Assembly: GCA_052327205.1 (NCBI GenBank)
Contig: CM126207.1
Location: 217,620,001-217,684,000, forward strand
Direction of reading: 5' to 3'
Length of the DNA: 64,000 nt
Source of the DNA: Somniosus microcephalus
Taxonomy: Eukaryota
Shown here: piece after piece, positions 26,681 to 39,845 of the stretch
Position numbering within the stretch: the stretch's first letter is position 1
How the letters are laid out: each line of letters opens with the position of its first letter
Notes under the pieces: generated by a model
What the model was told of the DNA's origin: nothing
Seen by the model: the letters and a program-made list of their open reading frames with translations, nothing else
Database searches by the model: none
Position numbers and translations under genes: made by a program

Positions 26681-29600
26681 GTGTCTGTATTTTCAAAGCT
26701 GTCAATGGGTAGCTATTCCCCAGGAACGTATCAATGTTTTGTTTACCATACACATGATTATCAATTGACATTTCAGCCAACAAAAAATCCGTATTGAAAA
26801 TTTCCCCATGTAAATGGTGCCTGAATTTGTGCCATTTTAAAATCACAGCAAAGGAAGATTGTAAGCGGTTTAACTGAAAACTTTTATATACCATTTAAAA
26901 TATTTTTTAAATAACCTTTAATATAGTCCGTATCAATGTGTATACACGTACCGTTCCCTCTGCTTTCTTTTTAAATACTGGTGTCGCTTTTTACCGTGAA
27001 CATTCAGCTACCATGAATCGCTTTTAGTAGCTAATTGTTAAACTATTCCCAAGTGCCGAAACAACGCTGAGATTAAATTGCTACACTTTGTTTACAATAT
27101 TATTGAGGAGACCAAAATACTGCATTCAAGTATAGCTTCGGCGTTTGTTGAGGGACGATATTTGTAAAGCCATGCTTTGAGAATCATCGTGTTGCAGGTT
27201 TCAGTAAATATCTTAACTGGTTGTAAGAAATCATAATTTAAATTTATCGTCAAAATATATGATTGTGGTTAAACATCGCGGCAATATTTTAATGCGAGAT
27301 GATTGTAGATGCTTGAGACACTTATGCAGTATAATGACTAAATGACTTGTATAATACCAGACCCCCGAAGGGCAGGCATTGATGTGTTGGGCTTTGGACT
27401 GAGAGAGGGGGGGGGGGGGAATGTCGGGCTAAGAGCGCCTCCTACAGGTAGACATTCTGAAACGCCGCAGTAATAACCAGAGAGAACCGACACAAATTAA
27501 TGGTGCTACATCATGGGGAGAAGAGTCATAAAACGGCAGCTGCCTAATTTCCTCCTGCTACGTTCAAACCGTTCATTTTGTAAAATTTGATGGTCTGTGC
27601 AAAAACGATCTTAACTTTTATTCACTGCGTAGGTTGTTTTCAGAGCTGTGCCATTCGGTGAAACTGTGATTTTCCTCGGTGTTTTGCCCAAAAAAACCTA
27701 GCTGTGAATTATGAAATGATCGAGGTCACAAGTCAGGCTTTAATCGGTTCTTAACTTTGTACAGAAGTTGCCGAGTTTGTTTGCTGGGAGTAAGCCAGTT
27801 TCTTTCCTCCCGTGAATTGTCATTCACAGGAACGGAAACATTTTCACCAATGAAATATGCAGAATCGTTTCAACAGGCCCCTGCCAGTTGTTTCTGCTGA
27901 CATATTAGTAATTGTGAAAAAAACTATTATTGAAAACGATCACTCAGTGTGTTGATTATTCATTTTTTAAAAAGGAATCGGCTCCCGATTGAATTACGGC
28001 GTCAAAATGCTTGATCCAAGTTTTATCCTCATTTCTAAAAAAAAACCTAGCCGTTTCCTTTAGAAACTCTATTAATAATAAATGAGGCTAACGGCTCTTT
28101 TTACATATTTATTCACTGTTGTGACCAGACCTTTTGAAATATTTGGTGTGTTTCGTTGTGGTTGCAAATGACTGTAATCAACCTAATGAATTTCGTTAAG
28201 TATTTTCTGTCAAAATAATGAGCGAATGGGCGCTAGAATCAAGAATATCGTTAAGTGTTACATTAAGCACCAACAAGGGTTACCCCAAGCCTTCAGGTTT
28301 TTTTGGGTGGGGGGGGGGGGGGAGGTGATAGTTCCCACATCATTTTATTACTAAACTCTTCACTCGGGCGGATCTTTCACCAAATAGCATTCTGCAGATT
28401 GCGCGGTTAGCACTTGTTAAATTAAGGTTTCCGCATTGCATTAATTTATTAACATAATAAAGTACAACCGTTTGACGTGCAATCGATGCCTGCGTTTAGG
28501 CTCAGGGTAACTGAAGGTAAAATAGAGAACTATTAAAATAAAGTCATTTAAAGACTGAGATTCCTTGGTCGGATCGTGTAACAGCTTTGTAATCTGTTTC
28601 TTTTTAATATGTAAAGATATCTTTGAATAAAAGTGGGATAAAATACGATCTTTACGCCGGCGTGACAAGGAAATACTGTGATTTAGGTTATAGGTTTGCA
28701 AATCAGAGCCAAGTAACTTAATCGAGAGCGATTTCTATTTTACACGTTTTTTTAAATCTCCACCTTTCTGCAATTTGCGGTACATATTTTAGTTTTCTGA
28801 TTGAAATGCAGGGCTGGTGCAAATAGTTGCGATTGCGACATTTATTCAAGGGAATGGAACGCGCAAGTATTTTTTTGGTAAGATTTCGCTCAAAGTATTT
28901 TGCAAGGTTGTTTTAATTAAAGTGTTTGAATATTATGGTTTCGTTGTTTAGTCAAGATCCCCACCCTCCTTCATTATGGTTCTGTGAATGTATAGCTCAG
29001 TAGACAGTACAATATTTAATGCCGAATCTGTCTCACCAAACACTTCGTGCAATATACAGGCGGGCTACCAGCCGTCTCTCTTGGTCAGCACAATCGTAGC
29101 TGACACTTCTGTTTTATTTCACGAGTCCTACTTTAGAAGCAGTTAAAATAATACAATTAAATTAAAAGCACTTGGCGAGTTTGGGCAGTTCACCGTGCGA
29201 GCCTCTGTTCACGTCTTACGGGAGTGTAGAAACTTTCGCCAGGACTCAGTAATGTGAGGCTGGGGGGCTGACACGTTACTCGGCTTGGTCCCCTGGTACA
29301 CCTCTGTGCACGATAGAAAGTTTCACAGCCTGGCGGCAGCCCGTGTCACAATTTGGGGTTTTATTTGAACTTTTCCGCTTTCTTTTGATGCTTGTAATTT
29401 TGTGTTTGCTGTTCCTGCTAATTTAAGCAACTGCTACAAGCTCACTTTCGACAGCACTCACTTCCATTTAGGTAGTGAAGCATCATATGTCAGCAACATC
29501 ACAATTAACATGATCTTTGTTTTATTTTTCATTAAAGGTTTCGAAATTGCAGATTATATTGGGGAATTGTGTGCAACTCAAGGCAGTAGTTATGTACAGA

Positions 29601-30504
29601 CCCAACCATAGGCCTAAACTGGACTGAACTCAGGCAGTTACTGTTTCTGTCGCCCTGTCTACCCATCTCAGTTATGCATATGGCAACTCTCTCCAATACA
29701 CATCTCCCCATCTCCTTTCCCTCTGTTACTCCCTCCTTTTCTTTCTCGCGCTCTCACTCAGCCCCTTTCCTGTCTAATCAATTACCTGCCCACTATTCCT
29801 GTTCAAAAGTGAGAACTCATTACGCATATTCATAAATCATCTCTGGTTGGCCTGACACTGATTGATGCAATCATCTTTTTTTTCTTTTACTCAGTTTTTC
29901 ACTAGTTTGCTTGATGAAGGATTTTGTTTTAAACACACACATAGGTTCGGGCATTTTCAAGAGCAGGACGGGATCTGACTGACTTAAGTGGCGATAACTT
30001 TAACACTGGACACCAATTGAACTTGTTTGAAAACGTGGCTTGTTTAGGAGTTAAATAGTTTAAACTTTTGCAGCTTGCCCTAGTGTTTACAAAAAAACAT
30101 AAACCTGGATAGGTCCAGTCGGCATATTGTTTCAATATGTTGTATCTCACCACAGTTGGATTATTCCGCGCCTTGAGCCCATCATGAGTTCGTGTTGTTA
30201 ATAAAACAGCCCGCGCTTTCCTGTTTAAGTTTTTTAAATGATTTAATGCCAGTCATTTTTACTTTAATTAATCATTGAATTCGATTATTTTAAAAAACAA
30301 ACGAATCGATTTACTGACAGGGCGTCTTTTAAAAGAGCCCCAAAATAGCCAGATCTTTGGATGTTGAAACTCACCCGATATTTACAAGTAGATCTTGGGC
30401 GCGCGGGAGTCGAAGTTTTACCGGGGTGGGGAATATCACGATCATGACATGAATTATATTTTTCGAAATGTGAAATCCTCCACCCGATACATTCTCCTGT
30501 ATGA

Positions 30505-30723
30505 ACAGCAGTGGAGGCGTTTGTATGTAGGGGGATCGAGGCCGCGCCTGGGCACGGCGCCGCAGCCCTGAACAGACAGGTGTGCCAGCTGCTGGCCCAC
30601 ATCCCCCAGGTAAAGGAGCAGCTTCTCGGCATCGCTAACCGCGCGAGTGACAGCGGGATTTCCCAGTAAACCGTTACTCCGGAATACTCGATCACCAAAT
30701 ATGTTCGGGCGAAGAAGGAACTC
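30505..30723 (+). pseudogene. Putative decayed first exon of an Iroquois-linked Sowah (ankyrin-repeat) gene, N-terminal winged-helix-like domain
   Basis: One frame reads TAVEAFVCRGIEAAPGHGAAALNRQVCQLLAHIPQVKEQLLGIANRASDSGISQ*TVTPEYSITKYVRAKKEL. It resembles by eye the Sowah N-terminal pattern (AVxxFL..GG..., REQ/LFKxFVN, GTKYVxLKK). One internal stop; GC-rich island. Not verified by search. Confidence 0.45.
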
Positions 30724-32402
30724 TCGGCCCATTTGTTTTCATATTTCCACAATACTAAACATATTCCAGACTTTAGCACTAGTCCCTTTAATTTGGCGCA
30801 TGTTGCACGACATCTTGTATGAATCGCTTTGGTACATCAGGCAGGAGTCAAGTTGCTGATGGAAATAATTCAAAATCTGGTTGCTTTCAGTTTGCTGCTA
30901 GGTTTATGGCTTTGTTGGGATACTTTGTGCGGTATGTGCTCCTAGTAACAGAGGACTGCGAGGCATCTAACCCATCGTTTTATATATACACAGCGCTTAA
31001 AGAGATTATTTTATTCGATCATTGTATGCCCAGAGGTTCTTTGTGTTGTTTGGGGCAAGTTTTCCCCTGTGATATCCGATTGTATGGCGTCTGGACAACC
31101 TCGCCCTGTAAAGGGGAGTAAAAGCTTCGGAATGTCAACAAAGTTTTTTTTCTTAAAAAGTATATATTTTTAAAATGTTATGTCTTTGTTTATTTAGAAT
31201 ACCCGGTAACATAAGATTTTGCCGCCACTCCCTGCGAAGAAATCAAATGTGGGTATTCGGGTGTACTGGTACCAAGTGCAGGGCAGCGCATGGGGTTCAC
31301 AGCGAAGGTTGGGGAGTGAGTTAACAGGAAGGCAATAACCCGCCGCTGCATCAATTGGGTTCTCTGATTGGTTGGAAGTGAGTTAATGATTTTTTTTTAA
31401 AAAGCAGAGATGCAAAGTTGCACGAGTTTACGAATAAGTTTATTCTAAATCGTCTATTTTTGATGATCCAAACGAGCAAGAAACGGCCGTGGTCCAATTC
31501 TGATTTTATAAAGCAGACTGTAGATTCAAATTCCTGTGAGCTTGGAGTGGTGACACCAAGTATTTGAGACTTCGGTGATGATACCATAAATAACATGTAT
31601 ACTTGTTCAAGATAACATTGCTTTGTAGCTTCTAAATCATAATGTGCAAGTGGGAATGATTGCAGTGAAAATAAAATGCCCGGACTGAATTCTCAGTTGC
31701 TTGTGGCATCACTTGAACCCTTAACGAAACGATATTCTTATAATCACTAATCTTTATATATAACATTTAGGAATTGCAGTGACTCAAATTCGAACAGCTT
31801 TTTGCAGCATAACAATGCATTTTTAGACACCCATTATGTTGATCCAATGATATTACTTTGAGTTAAAATAGTGGAAATAGGTCATTCAAAATCACTAAAA
31901 GCAAAGGAGAAAAGTAGAGGATGGTCTTTGAAGTGAAAGTAAATACTTAACCCATTCTCTGACTAGCTATATTAAGTTTCCTTGTGTAAATTCTAATGCA
32001 GGCAGTTGCCAGGGTCATTGGTTGGGATTTGTGTAATATAGGTTTCTGACATTTCAAAGCTCCAACTTACCTTTTGTGATCTGGGCCCTGCAGGTACTAA
32101 CATCACTACGCCGAAATCTGCTTGTTTTCATACTTAAAGCACTTATGAGCTTTTTTCTATGCTAACACATGTATTACAGTTTCTACCTTCCGCCAAGTCC
32201 AAAGCCAGACAAGGGACAAGATAAGGGCACAGTAGGATGGTATGATTGGCCTGAATTATGAGGTTTGCTTTGCTACTGTTGAGAACCTTAATGATTAACA
32301 GTATACGGCACAGAAATAAATGGAAAAATGAAAACCTTGTTTTATTGACTTACAGTTTAGAAATTTCTGGATAGGCTGCTCAAATATTAGACTATCTGGT
32401 CA

Positions 32403-32843
32403 GTGTCAGCCTTGGCATAGTGGTAGCACTCCTACCTCTGAATTAGAAGGTCAGGGGTTCAAGCTCCACTCCAGAGACTTGAGCACATAATCTAAGGTTG
32501 ACATTTCAATGTATCACTGAGGGAGTGCTGCACTGTCAGATGACACGTTAAATCAAGGCCCGTCTACCTTCTCAGGTGGATGCAAAAGATCCCGTGGCAC
32601 TATTCAAAGAAGAGCAGGGGGTTGTCTCGGTGTCCTAGTCAACATTCTCAACCAGCACCTAAAATAGATAGACTGGTTATCTATTTAATTGCTGTTTGTG
32701 AGATCTTGCTGTGCATATATTGGCTGCTACGTTTCCTAATTACAGCAGTAACTAATTATTTTTTTTAAGTACTTAATTGGCTGTGAAGCGCTTTGGGATG
32801 TACAGTACTGAGGTTGTGAAAGTTGCTGTATAGTTGCAAGTTG
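32403..32843 (+). mobile_element. DeuSINE (SacSINE1/AmnSINE-type) SINE
   Basis: tRNA-like head with GGTTCAAG B box, Deu-like core GAGGGAGTGCTGCACTGTC...GGTGGATGCAAAAGATCCC, L2-like tail AAGCGCTTTGGGA; homologous to 38016-38460. Confidence 0.85.
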
Positions 32844-34888
32844 TTTCTTTCCGTCCAAACCAACAGGTGGCCCTAATGCACACACATTATAGCAGTGAAA
32901 ACATACAGCACAGTTCTTTGTAAATATTGTCTATGGTTACCCAGCAAGGCAAGTGGTTCTTGTAAGTCACTTGCCTGTACTTATCTTTTATTTTCCTGAA
33001 AGATGTAGCAAAAAATTAGGATCGGAAACAACAGGCCATCATAAATATCTTCTTGAGTGCACCAGTGTAAATCTCCCCAAAACTTTAGTTTCAACATGTT
33101 CAATCAGAAGGAGTCACTCATTCAAGAATTAATACTTTCCCTTGGTTTCAGGGCATGTGCTCAAACCTTGGTGCATGATTGGTTAGCAGTGGGACTCCAC
33201 TGGGCATTGTAGCATGCCTGGAAGTTCTGACCCATGAGATTGAGAATTGATGATCCTCTGAACTCTCAGTGGAGTATTTGTCAGTAAATGGAATATTGAA
33301 TAGGCTTTCTGATCGGCATAATTGTTTTATATGTTAATATAAACTGGGATTTTGCACTTTATTTGTGCTTTATCTAATGGAATGAGGCTACTTCCCGGAT
33401 CCACCAAATGCTGGTGAGATTTTGCTTGTGGCCCAGAGGCTATGTCCTTAGCAAGCAGGAACTGGCACAAGTAGAGCTCAGGATGCTTGTGCAGGAATAG
33501 AGTGTCATCCATTTAGCAATTGAATGGAGTGATTGGTCAAGAGTGGCATGTTGATTTATAAAGAAAATTTTAAATAAAGCCTTCTCAGTGAGTACACATT
33601 ACGCAGAATGCTCTGCAGCTAATACACAAACCCTGGTCTGTCAGGTTGAGTTCCATTGATAAAATGTTTCTGAAATTGTATCCTTTCATCGAAGCTGCTC
33701 CTTGATACATAATGCTAATATCTACACATTCATACCAATATAATTTATGGGTATTTCTTCAATAAACTTAACAGGACTACTGATGACAGAATGAATTTAG
33801 TGTTCCACATTAAAGAGGGAGCCTCATAATGCTCCAAAATTAGTACACTGTTAAAAACATTTTAGTTATTCATCTGATTATATCCATGTCTGCTTTTTGT
33901 TCTGGCAGCTTCACACTGGCTGCTCACCAGCCACAAATGTAAGGTTTATTTAATCACATTGGCATTCAAACATGTTTTTGTTTGGATTGTCGCATTGCAA
34001 TAGAAAACAGTTAGAAGTTGCTTCACAGACAATGCATCCCATCCAGGCCTTCCCAAGCATGAGGTGCAAGATGACAGTATACGTTTCATGTGTGTGAAGG
34101 CCGTGTCAGCGAGATCTGCTATTCAGATTTTCATATCACTGATACCTACAGTGGAGTGAAGTTTCTACCTTTTTTGACATTACAATGCTTGTTTGCTGTT
34201 ACAGTGTTCTTTTATTTGTATATAAAGACATCCCACACATCCTGTACCTAGCAACCCAGCTAGTGAGTTCTTTAAAAAACAAACAGAGACACGTCATCTG
34301 ATAACATGGTAATGACTCGAACACTTTCCACACACAATATGAAAAAGAAGTATCAAAAATGTATTTACTGTACAAGTTAAATAGGCCAGAAAGTAGCGTA
34401 GCAGTAGGTTAAGGAGTTTATCTTGTTTATAAGCTTTCCCTTAATAATTCGCTGGAAACTTCATTGCTTGTCAGTTAAGAACATAAGACAACAAGGAACA
34501 AGTGGTGGCAATTTGGCCCATCCAGCTCGTTCTGAATAATTAGAAGTATCATGTTATTGCTTACTCTCACCATAAATTCAATACTCTCATTGTAACCTCT
34601 ATGGAATATATAAACTACACCACACCCGCAGGCAAAGGCATGTGCTCTAAACACAATGGGACAGCAATAAGACCTGATATTTCCTTTCAAGACAATCAAG
34701 ATTGAATTGCATCATTTATTATCTCAGAAGTTGTTCAAAGATATAAGAAATTACACCGGCTATTCCATTTAATTTACTATATTCCAGTAAATAGAAAGAT
34801 TTCTACTGGTACAAATTTCCCACTATTTATTTCTGTTGTTCAAAATTATTGTTAAGTGCAAAGTGTTTTGCTTAAAAACAAAGGTTTC

Positions 34889-35296
34889 TGAGCACCATTG
34901 ATGGCTCAACAAGTTTATCCAGTGATTAAATGAACCACAAAGACCAAGAAAGTCCCAAGTTTGATCCTTGGTTAAATAGTTAGCGCCGCAGCAGTAGTTG
35001 CCCTAAAAGTGTTCTTTGATTTGGGTGGGAAAAATTGGCCAAAGTTCTCGCTCTTGATCAGTATCCAGTGACACCTGCTGGAATTGAATGCATGTGAATG
35101 ATGCGTGAGGACAAGATTGGGCCAGGCTACGATGTTGCCATGGTCCCATCACTGTCACTGTTAAGACTGATATATAAATGATGGCTACCTGGGTAAGGTA
35201 CCAGAGAGCAACCAGTGCCTGCAGAACCATATCCCAGTGAGGAGTGGACAACTCAGAAGAGGAGGAGAGGGGGAGAAATTTTGCTAGAAAAAAAAA
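34889..35296 (+). mobile_element. Old SINE-like repeat with A-rich tail
   Basis: Head with B-box-like AGTTTGATCC; similarity to the inverted copies at 7795-8382 and 13400-13690; ends in an A run. Confidence 0.5.
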
Positions 35297-36870
35297 GTGC
35301 AAAAATACCGAAAGGCGGTTTCAACAACACTACTGAGTCCCAGTGATCTAAATGTACTTTTACCTTGAGAGAGTGCCAGCAATAGTAGTCATAGTCTATT
35401 CTTTCTAATATAAAGGATGCAATGTCATGCGAATGAAAATTCAAATCTAAACTCTTTTTTAACCATAGATTAGGTACTTCCTGCTCTGGCCCGCTAAATG
35501 TACAAAACCAGTTCCATGGACTCGCATCATGACGGAAGCATGCAGATGCAGAGAACCAGCACTGCCCTGCCACAAAAACCTGACTCTTTCCTGCATGTAT
35601 TATCTATAGAAATACCAAAAAGACGATTCTTCTCCATTGAAATCTTTCTCACTGACTCCTATCTTCCTCAGCGAGGATCATTCACAGAATCCCCTTCCAG
35701 CCCACATTTGTGTATGTGTAGCTGTGTAATTCACATATATAGATGGAAAACATGGATCCACATGAACAAAAAATGGCTTCCAACAGGCCTTGATTAGGAG
35801 TGGTGACACTATGTGCATGGCGATTTACAGGTCTCCTTTTGAGAATGATCTCCTTGGATCCCAGCTATAGTGTAAAAGTGCCTTTAGTGACCTTGTACAC
35901 TTTGTCCTTTAGCCTGTCTAGTAATCACCATATTAATGACTTATAGTGATACAAAAAAGCCACAGTCTGTTTAATAGTCTTAGTTTTAAAAGCTGAGAAT
36001 AAGCCAATGTGTCTGTTTGCTTCTGTAGGCCAGATTTCCCAACAAGCATTTAGCTGTCAGTTATCACGTAATGTTTGCTTTGGTTTTAAAGAACTGTTGC
36101 ACTATATCTTACAGATTAGTCCATTTACCAGCAAGTCACTTAAAAGCAATTTACCTCCGCTTGCAATCCTGATAACAGCAGAGTCTTGTGGGTAGAAAAC
36201 TCTACCTGTTTTTAATCTTTAAAATGCCATTTGACTTATTTTTAATTGAGAAACTTTGGTGAAGGACCAAGGATTATAAAGCAGGACATAACCAAGGATT
36301 AAAGGAGTAGGAGAGAAAATAAGGTCAATTAGGAAGCAATGATTAGGTAACATTGAGCTTGAACTTGTTGTTCCTGTTCATTCTGTAAGGTAAGAGTTAA
36401 GAAACAAATACATGATTTCAAAATTTTAGGAGTTCAAATTTTTGACTAAATTCTCCCAGTGATGCCACAACAAGGTTTATTTTATGAAAAAACAGTTCCT
36501 GTGGGAAAAGTGTCACCATTTAAAAAATGATGCTGCAGTTTACCTATAATAAAAAAAGTGTGTATGAGGTTCTGGTAAAAGTATCATAAATTAAAGGGCA
36601 GTGGTTTACAATAATCTCCCATTCATTACAACAGATATACTCACTCATGACGCATCACTTGTGGCTTATTAAGTATGATCGTGTTGTAAGATATATTGTG
36701 AAATCATGGTTCGAAATGAAATTTCTTTGATATATTTTAAAGAGGTTGAAGGGCTGTGGTAAGATCTGACACCAGGAGCTAAAGTGATTATTGCTATAAT
36801 CTCTTGATGTTGTGTTATCTGTGTTTTATTTTGGTTTGGGGAGTGAAACTCTACAAGTGTGAAAAGTTAT

Positions 36871-37905
36871 ATTACATAGGATTTACATTACATAGGATTA
36901 CATAGGATATATGGCACAGAAACAGGCCATTTGGCCCCACCAGTCCATGCTGGTGTTTATGCTCCACTCGAGCCTCCTCCCGTCTTTCGTCATCTAAATC
37001 TAGCCGCATAACCCTCTATTCCCTTCTCCCTCATATGCTTGTCTAGCCTCCCCTTAAATGCTTCTATACTATTCGCTTCAACCACTCCCTGTGGTAGCGA
37101 GTTCCACATTCTCACCACTCTTTGGGTAAAGAAATTTCTTCTGAATTCCCTATTGGATTTCTTGATGACTATCTTATATTCATGGTCTCTAGTTATGCTC
37201 TTCCCCACAAGTGGAAACATTCTCTCTGTATCCACTCTATCAAAACCTTTCATAATTTTAAAGACCTCTATTAGGTCACCCCTCAGCCTTCTTTTTTCTT
37301 CAAGAGAAAAGAGACCCACATCCTTTCCTGATATCTATAACCTCGCATTTCTGGTGTCATCCTTGTAAATCTTCTCTGCACCCTCTCCAGTGCCTCTATA
37401 TCCTTTTTATAATATGGCGACCAGAACAGTACGCAGTACTCTAAGTGTGGTCAAACCAAGGTTTGATACAGGTTTAGCATAACTTCACTACTTTTCAATT
37501 CTAGAAATAAACCCTAGTGCTTGGTTTGCTTTTTTTATGGTCTTGCTAACGAGTGGCGCAACTTTTAGTGATTTGTGTATTTGTACTCCGAGATCCTTTT
37601 GTTCCTCTACCCCACCTAGACTCACACCCTCCAAGTAATAAGTGGCCTCCCTATTCTTTCTACCAAAATGTAATACTTCACATTCATCTGTGTTGAACTT
37701 CATTTGCCAATTATATGCCCATTCTGCAAGTTTATTAATGTCCTCCTGTAATTTGTTGCAGTCCTCCTCAGATTTAACTACCCCCCCCCCCAATTTGGTG
37801 TCATCCGCAAATTTAGAAATTGTGTTTTTGATTCCAAAGTCTAAATCGTTAATATAAACTGTGAACAGCAGTGGTTCCAGCGCTGATCCTTGTGGAACAC
37901 CACTA
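36871..37905 (-). mobile_element. CR1 LINE 3' fragment
   Basis: Minus-strand GVPQGSALEP, ISKFADDTKLGG, RRLRGDLIEVFKIMKG, VVRMWNSLP; tail seen as (CATAGGATTA)n on +. Confidence 0.93.
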
Positions 37906-38015
37906 CATCTACAATATGCATAAAATGTGCACCATAGAAACATTCAAACTGTCTGCTGGGCAGAGAGGCACTGAATGAGATTTGTGTGCAAGTGAGATAT
38001 GATAACTGACATTTA

Positions 38016-38460
38016 GTGTCAGCTGTGGCTCAGTGGTAGCACTCTTCCCTCTGAGTCAGAAGGTTGTGGGTGCAAGTCCCATTCCAGAGATTTCAGCACA
38101 TAACCTAGGCTAACACTCCAGTGCAGTACTGAGGGAGTGCTGCACTGTCGGAGGTGCTGTCTTTCGAATGAGATGTTAAACCGAGGCACTGTCTTCCCTC
38201 TCAGGTGGACGTAAAAGATCCCACTTCAAAGAAGAGCAGGGGAGTTTTCCTGGTGTCCTGGCCAACATTTATCCCTCATCCAAACCTTAAATCAGATGAT
38301 CAGCATTTATTTCATTGCTGTTTGTGGGACCTTGCTGTGTACAAATTGGCTGCTGCGTTTCCTGCATTACAACAGCGACTACATTTCAAAAAGTACTTCA
38401 TTGGATGTAAAGCACTTTGGGACATCCTGAAGTTGTGACAGGCGCTATATAAATACAAGT
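38016..38460 (+). mobile_element. DeuSINE (SacSINE1/AmnSINE-type) SINE
   Basis: tRNA-like head GTGGCTCAGTGGTAGCAC, Deu core GTCGGAGGTGCTGTCTTTCGAATGAGATGTTAAACCGAGG, tail GGCGCTATATAAATACAAG. Confidence 0.88.
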
Positions 38461-38539
38461 CATTTTTTTCTTCTTTTCTATTTCTAAACCAGGGCCCAGG
38501 CTTTGAAAGTATATGCAAGGTTGTGGTAAAAGTACAATA

Positions 38540-39100
38540 AATGATCAGTTTTAACTTCTTTGCTGCGATTATTTATTTGTGTAAACAACAACCAATTTGC
38601 CTGTCAGTTACTCTGAAATTCTTTTTTGGATGCGAATCAGATAATTTTCCATGTATGGAGGCATTGCCGCACATGGCATCAGTTGGTGGTGTCAGCCATT
38701 TTATACACCACTCACAACACAGCACAACATCAGAGCCGAACAGCCAAGAGGGAATTTGGCCAAGAAAACTGTACTTTTAAAAACAAAATTGCTGTGCAGC
38801 AATTTTGATCAAAAAAGAGTTTGTAGCTGTAATTTATTCTGTGCAATGTCTTTTGCTTTCCTAACATTGGAGCCTTGTTGGCAGTTAATTAGTGGAGGTG
38901 TTGATTTTGTCAGGCTGGATAACTCTGCTGGCAAACGTGATCAGGTCTGTAACATCAGGAAGAAATCCTTTTCAAGGGATAAACATCCACTTTATGCTCT
39001 TGTTACTGTCTTTTCTTGACAATTAATATAAAAAAATGACAGCAGTGCTAAGGTACTTTTGTGACATCAAATGTCTCTGCATCCAGTGATTTGAACATCT
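38540..39100. promoter_or_regulatory. Candidate downstream CNE
   Basis: Fox-type TGTAAACA, repeated Meis-type TGTCAG/TGACA, TTAATTAG in unique sequence. Confidence 0.35.
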
Positions 39101-39769
39101 ATAAGAACTATTAGTGAAAGAACTAGAAATAATATATGTATAAAGTGGTTTCTGATTTGAGTAATTCAAAACAAGTTGAGAAATGAAGGTAAAAATCTAG
39201 AGCTCATTTTAAAGAGTATTACTAGAACAGCGTTGTCAGAACCTTAGTCCTGGGGTAGAAAAGTTATAAATGTAGTATAAATAATAATTAAAGAGACATT
39301 TCTTATCCTTGGCGGTCTATGCAGATCACATTTCAAATTTTGAAAGAGCTTTGAAGGAATGGCACTGTTTCAGTTTTCAACTTTTATTTTTAAGATGTAG
39401 AGTTCCTTAGCCTCATCCTTTGAGGGTGTTGTTTGAATTTTTTTAATGTAACAACCAAGATTGAAAATGTTTAGAGCAACATGGCCTAGTCTCAGCTGCT
39501 CCAGCTGTCTCCCTGTAACTGTCTGTGTGCCATTGCATTGTGGACTGCAGGTAGCTGCAATTACCTCAGCCGTTCACATTAAAAATAATGGGTCTGATGG
39601 AATTTCTCACAGCCTTTAATCATTTCCTTTAAAAAGTGAGTTAGATTTTAGAAATATTCTTTACTTTGGCAGATTATTATTCGTGATGCGACCACCAACA
39701 AATCCTGCCTAAGGCATACTGCATCTTTAACTCTGTGAGCTGTCCATGAGAGGTTCACTGCTGTTAACG

Positions 39770-39845
39770 AGAAGAACGAGCTTCCATTTATATGGTACCT
39801 TGCACATCCTCAGGACACCCCAAAGCGCTTTACAGCCAATGAATG
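39770..39845 (-). mobile_element. DeuSINE/L2 3' tail fragment
   Basis: CCCAAAGCGCTTTACAGCCAATGAA is the reverse complement of the tails at ~32780 and ~38400. Confidence 0.65.

Noticed and set aside
30285-30779. 164-aa minus-strand ORF
   Set aside because: No recognisable domain; better explained as the shadow of a GC-rich, formerly coding + strand frame.
32860-32873. CTCF-like CCAACAGGTGGCCC near the edge of the TE-free domain
   Set aside because: Two mismatches to the core consensus; expected by chance in 64 kb.
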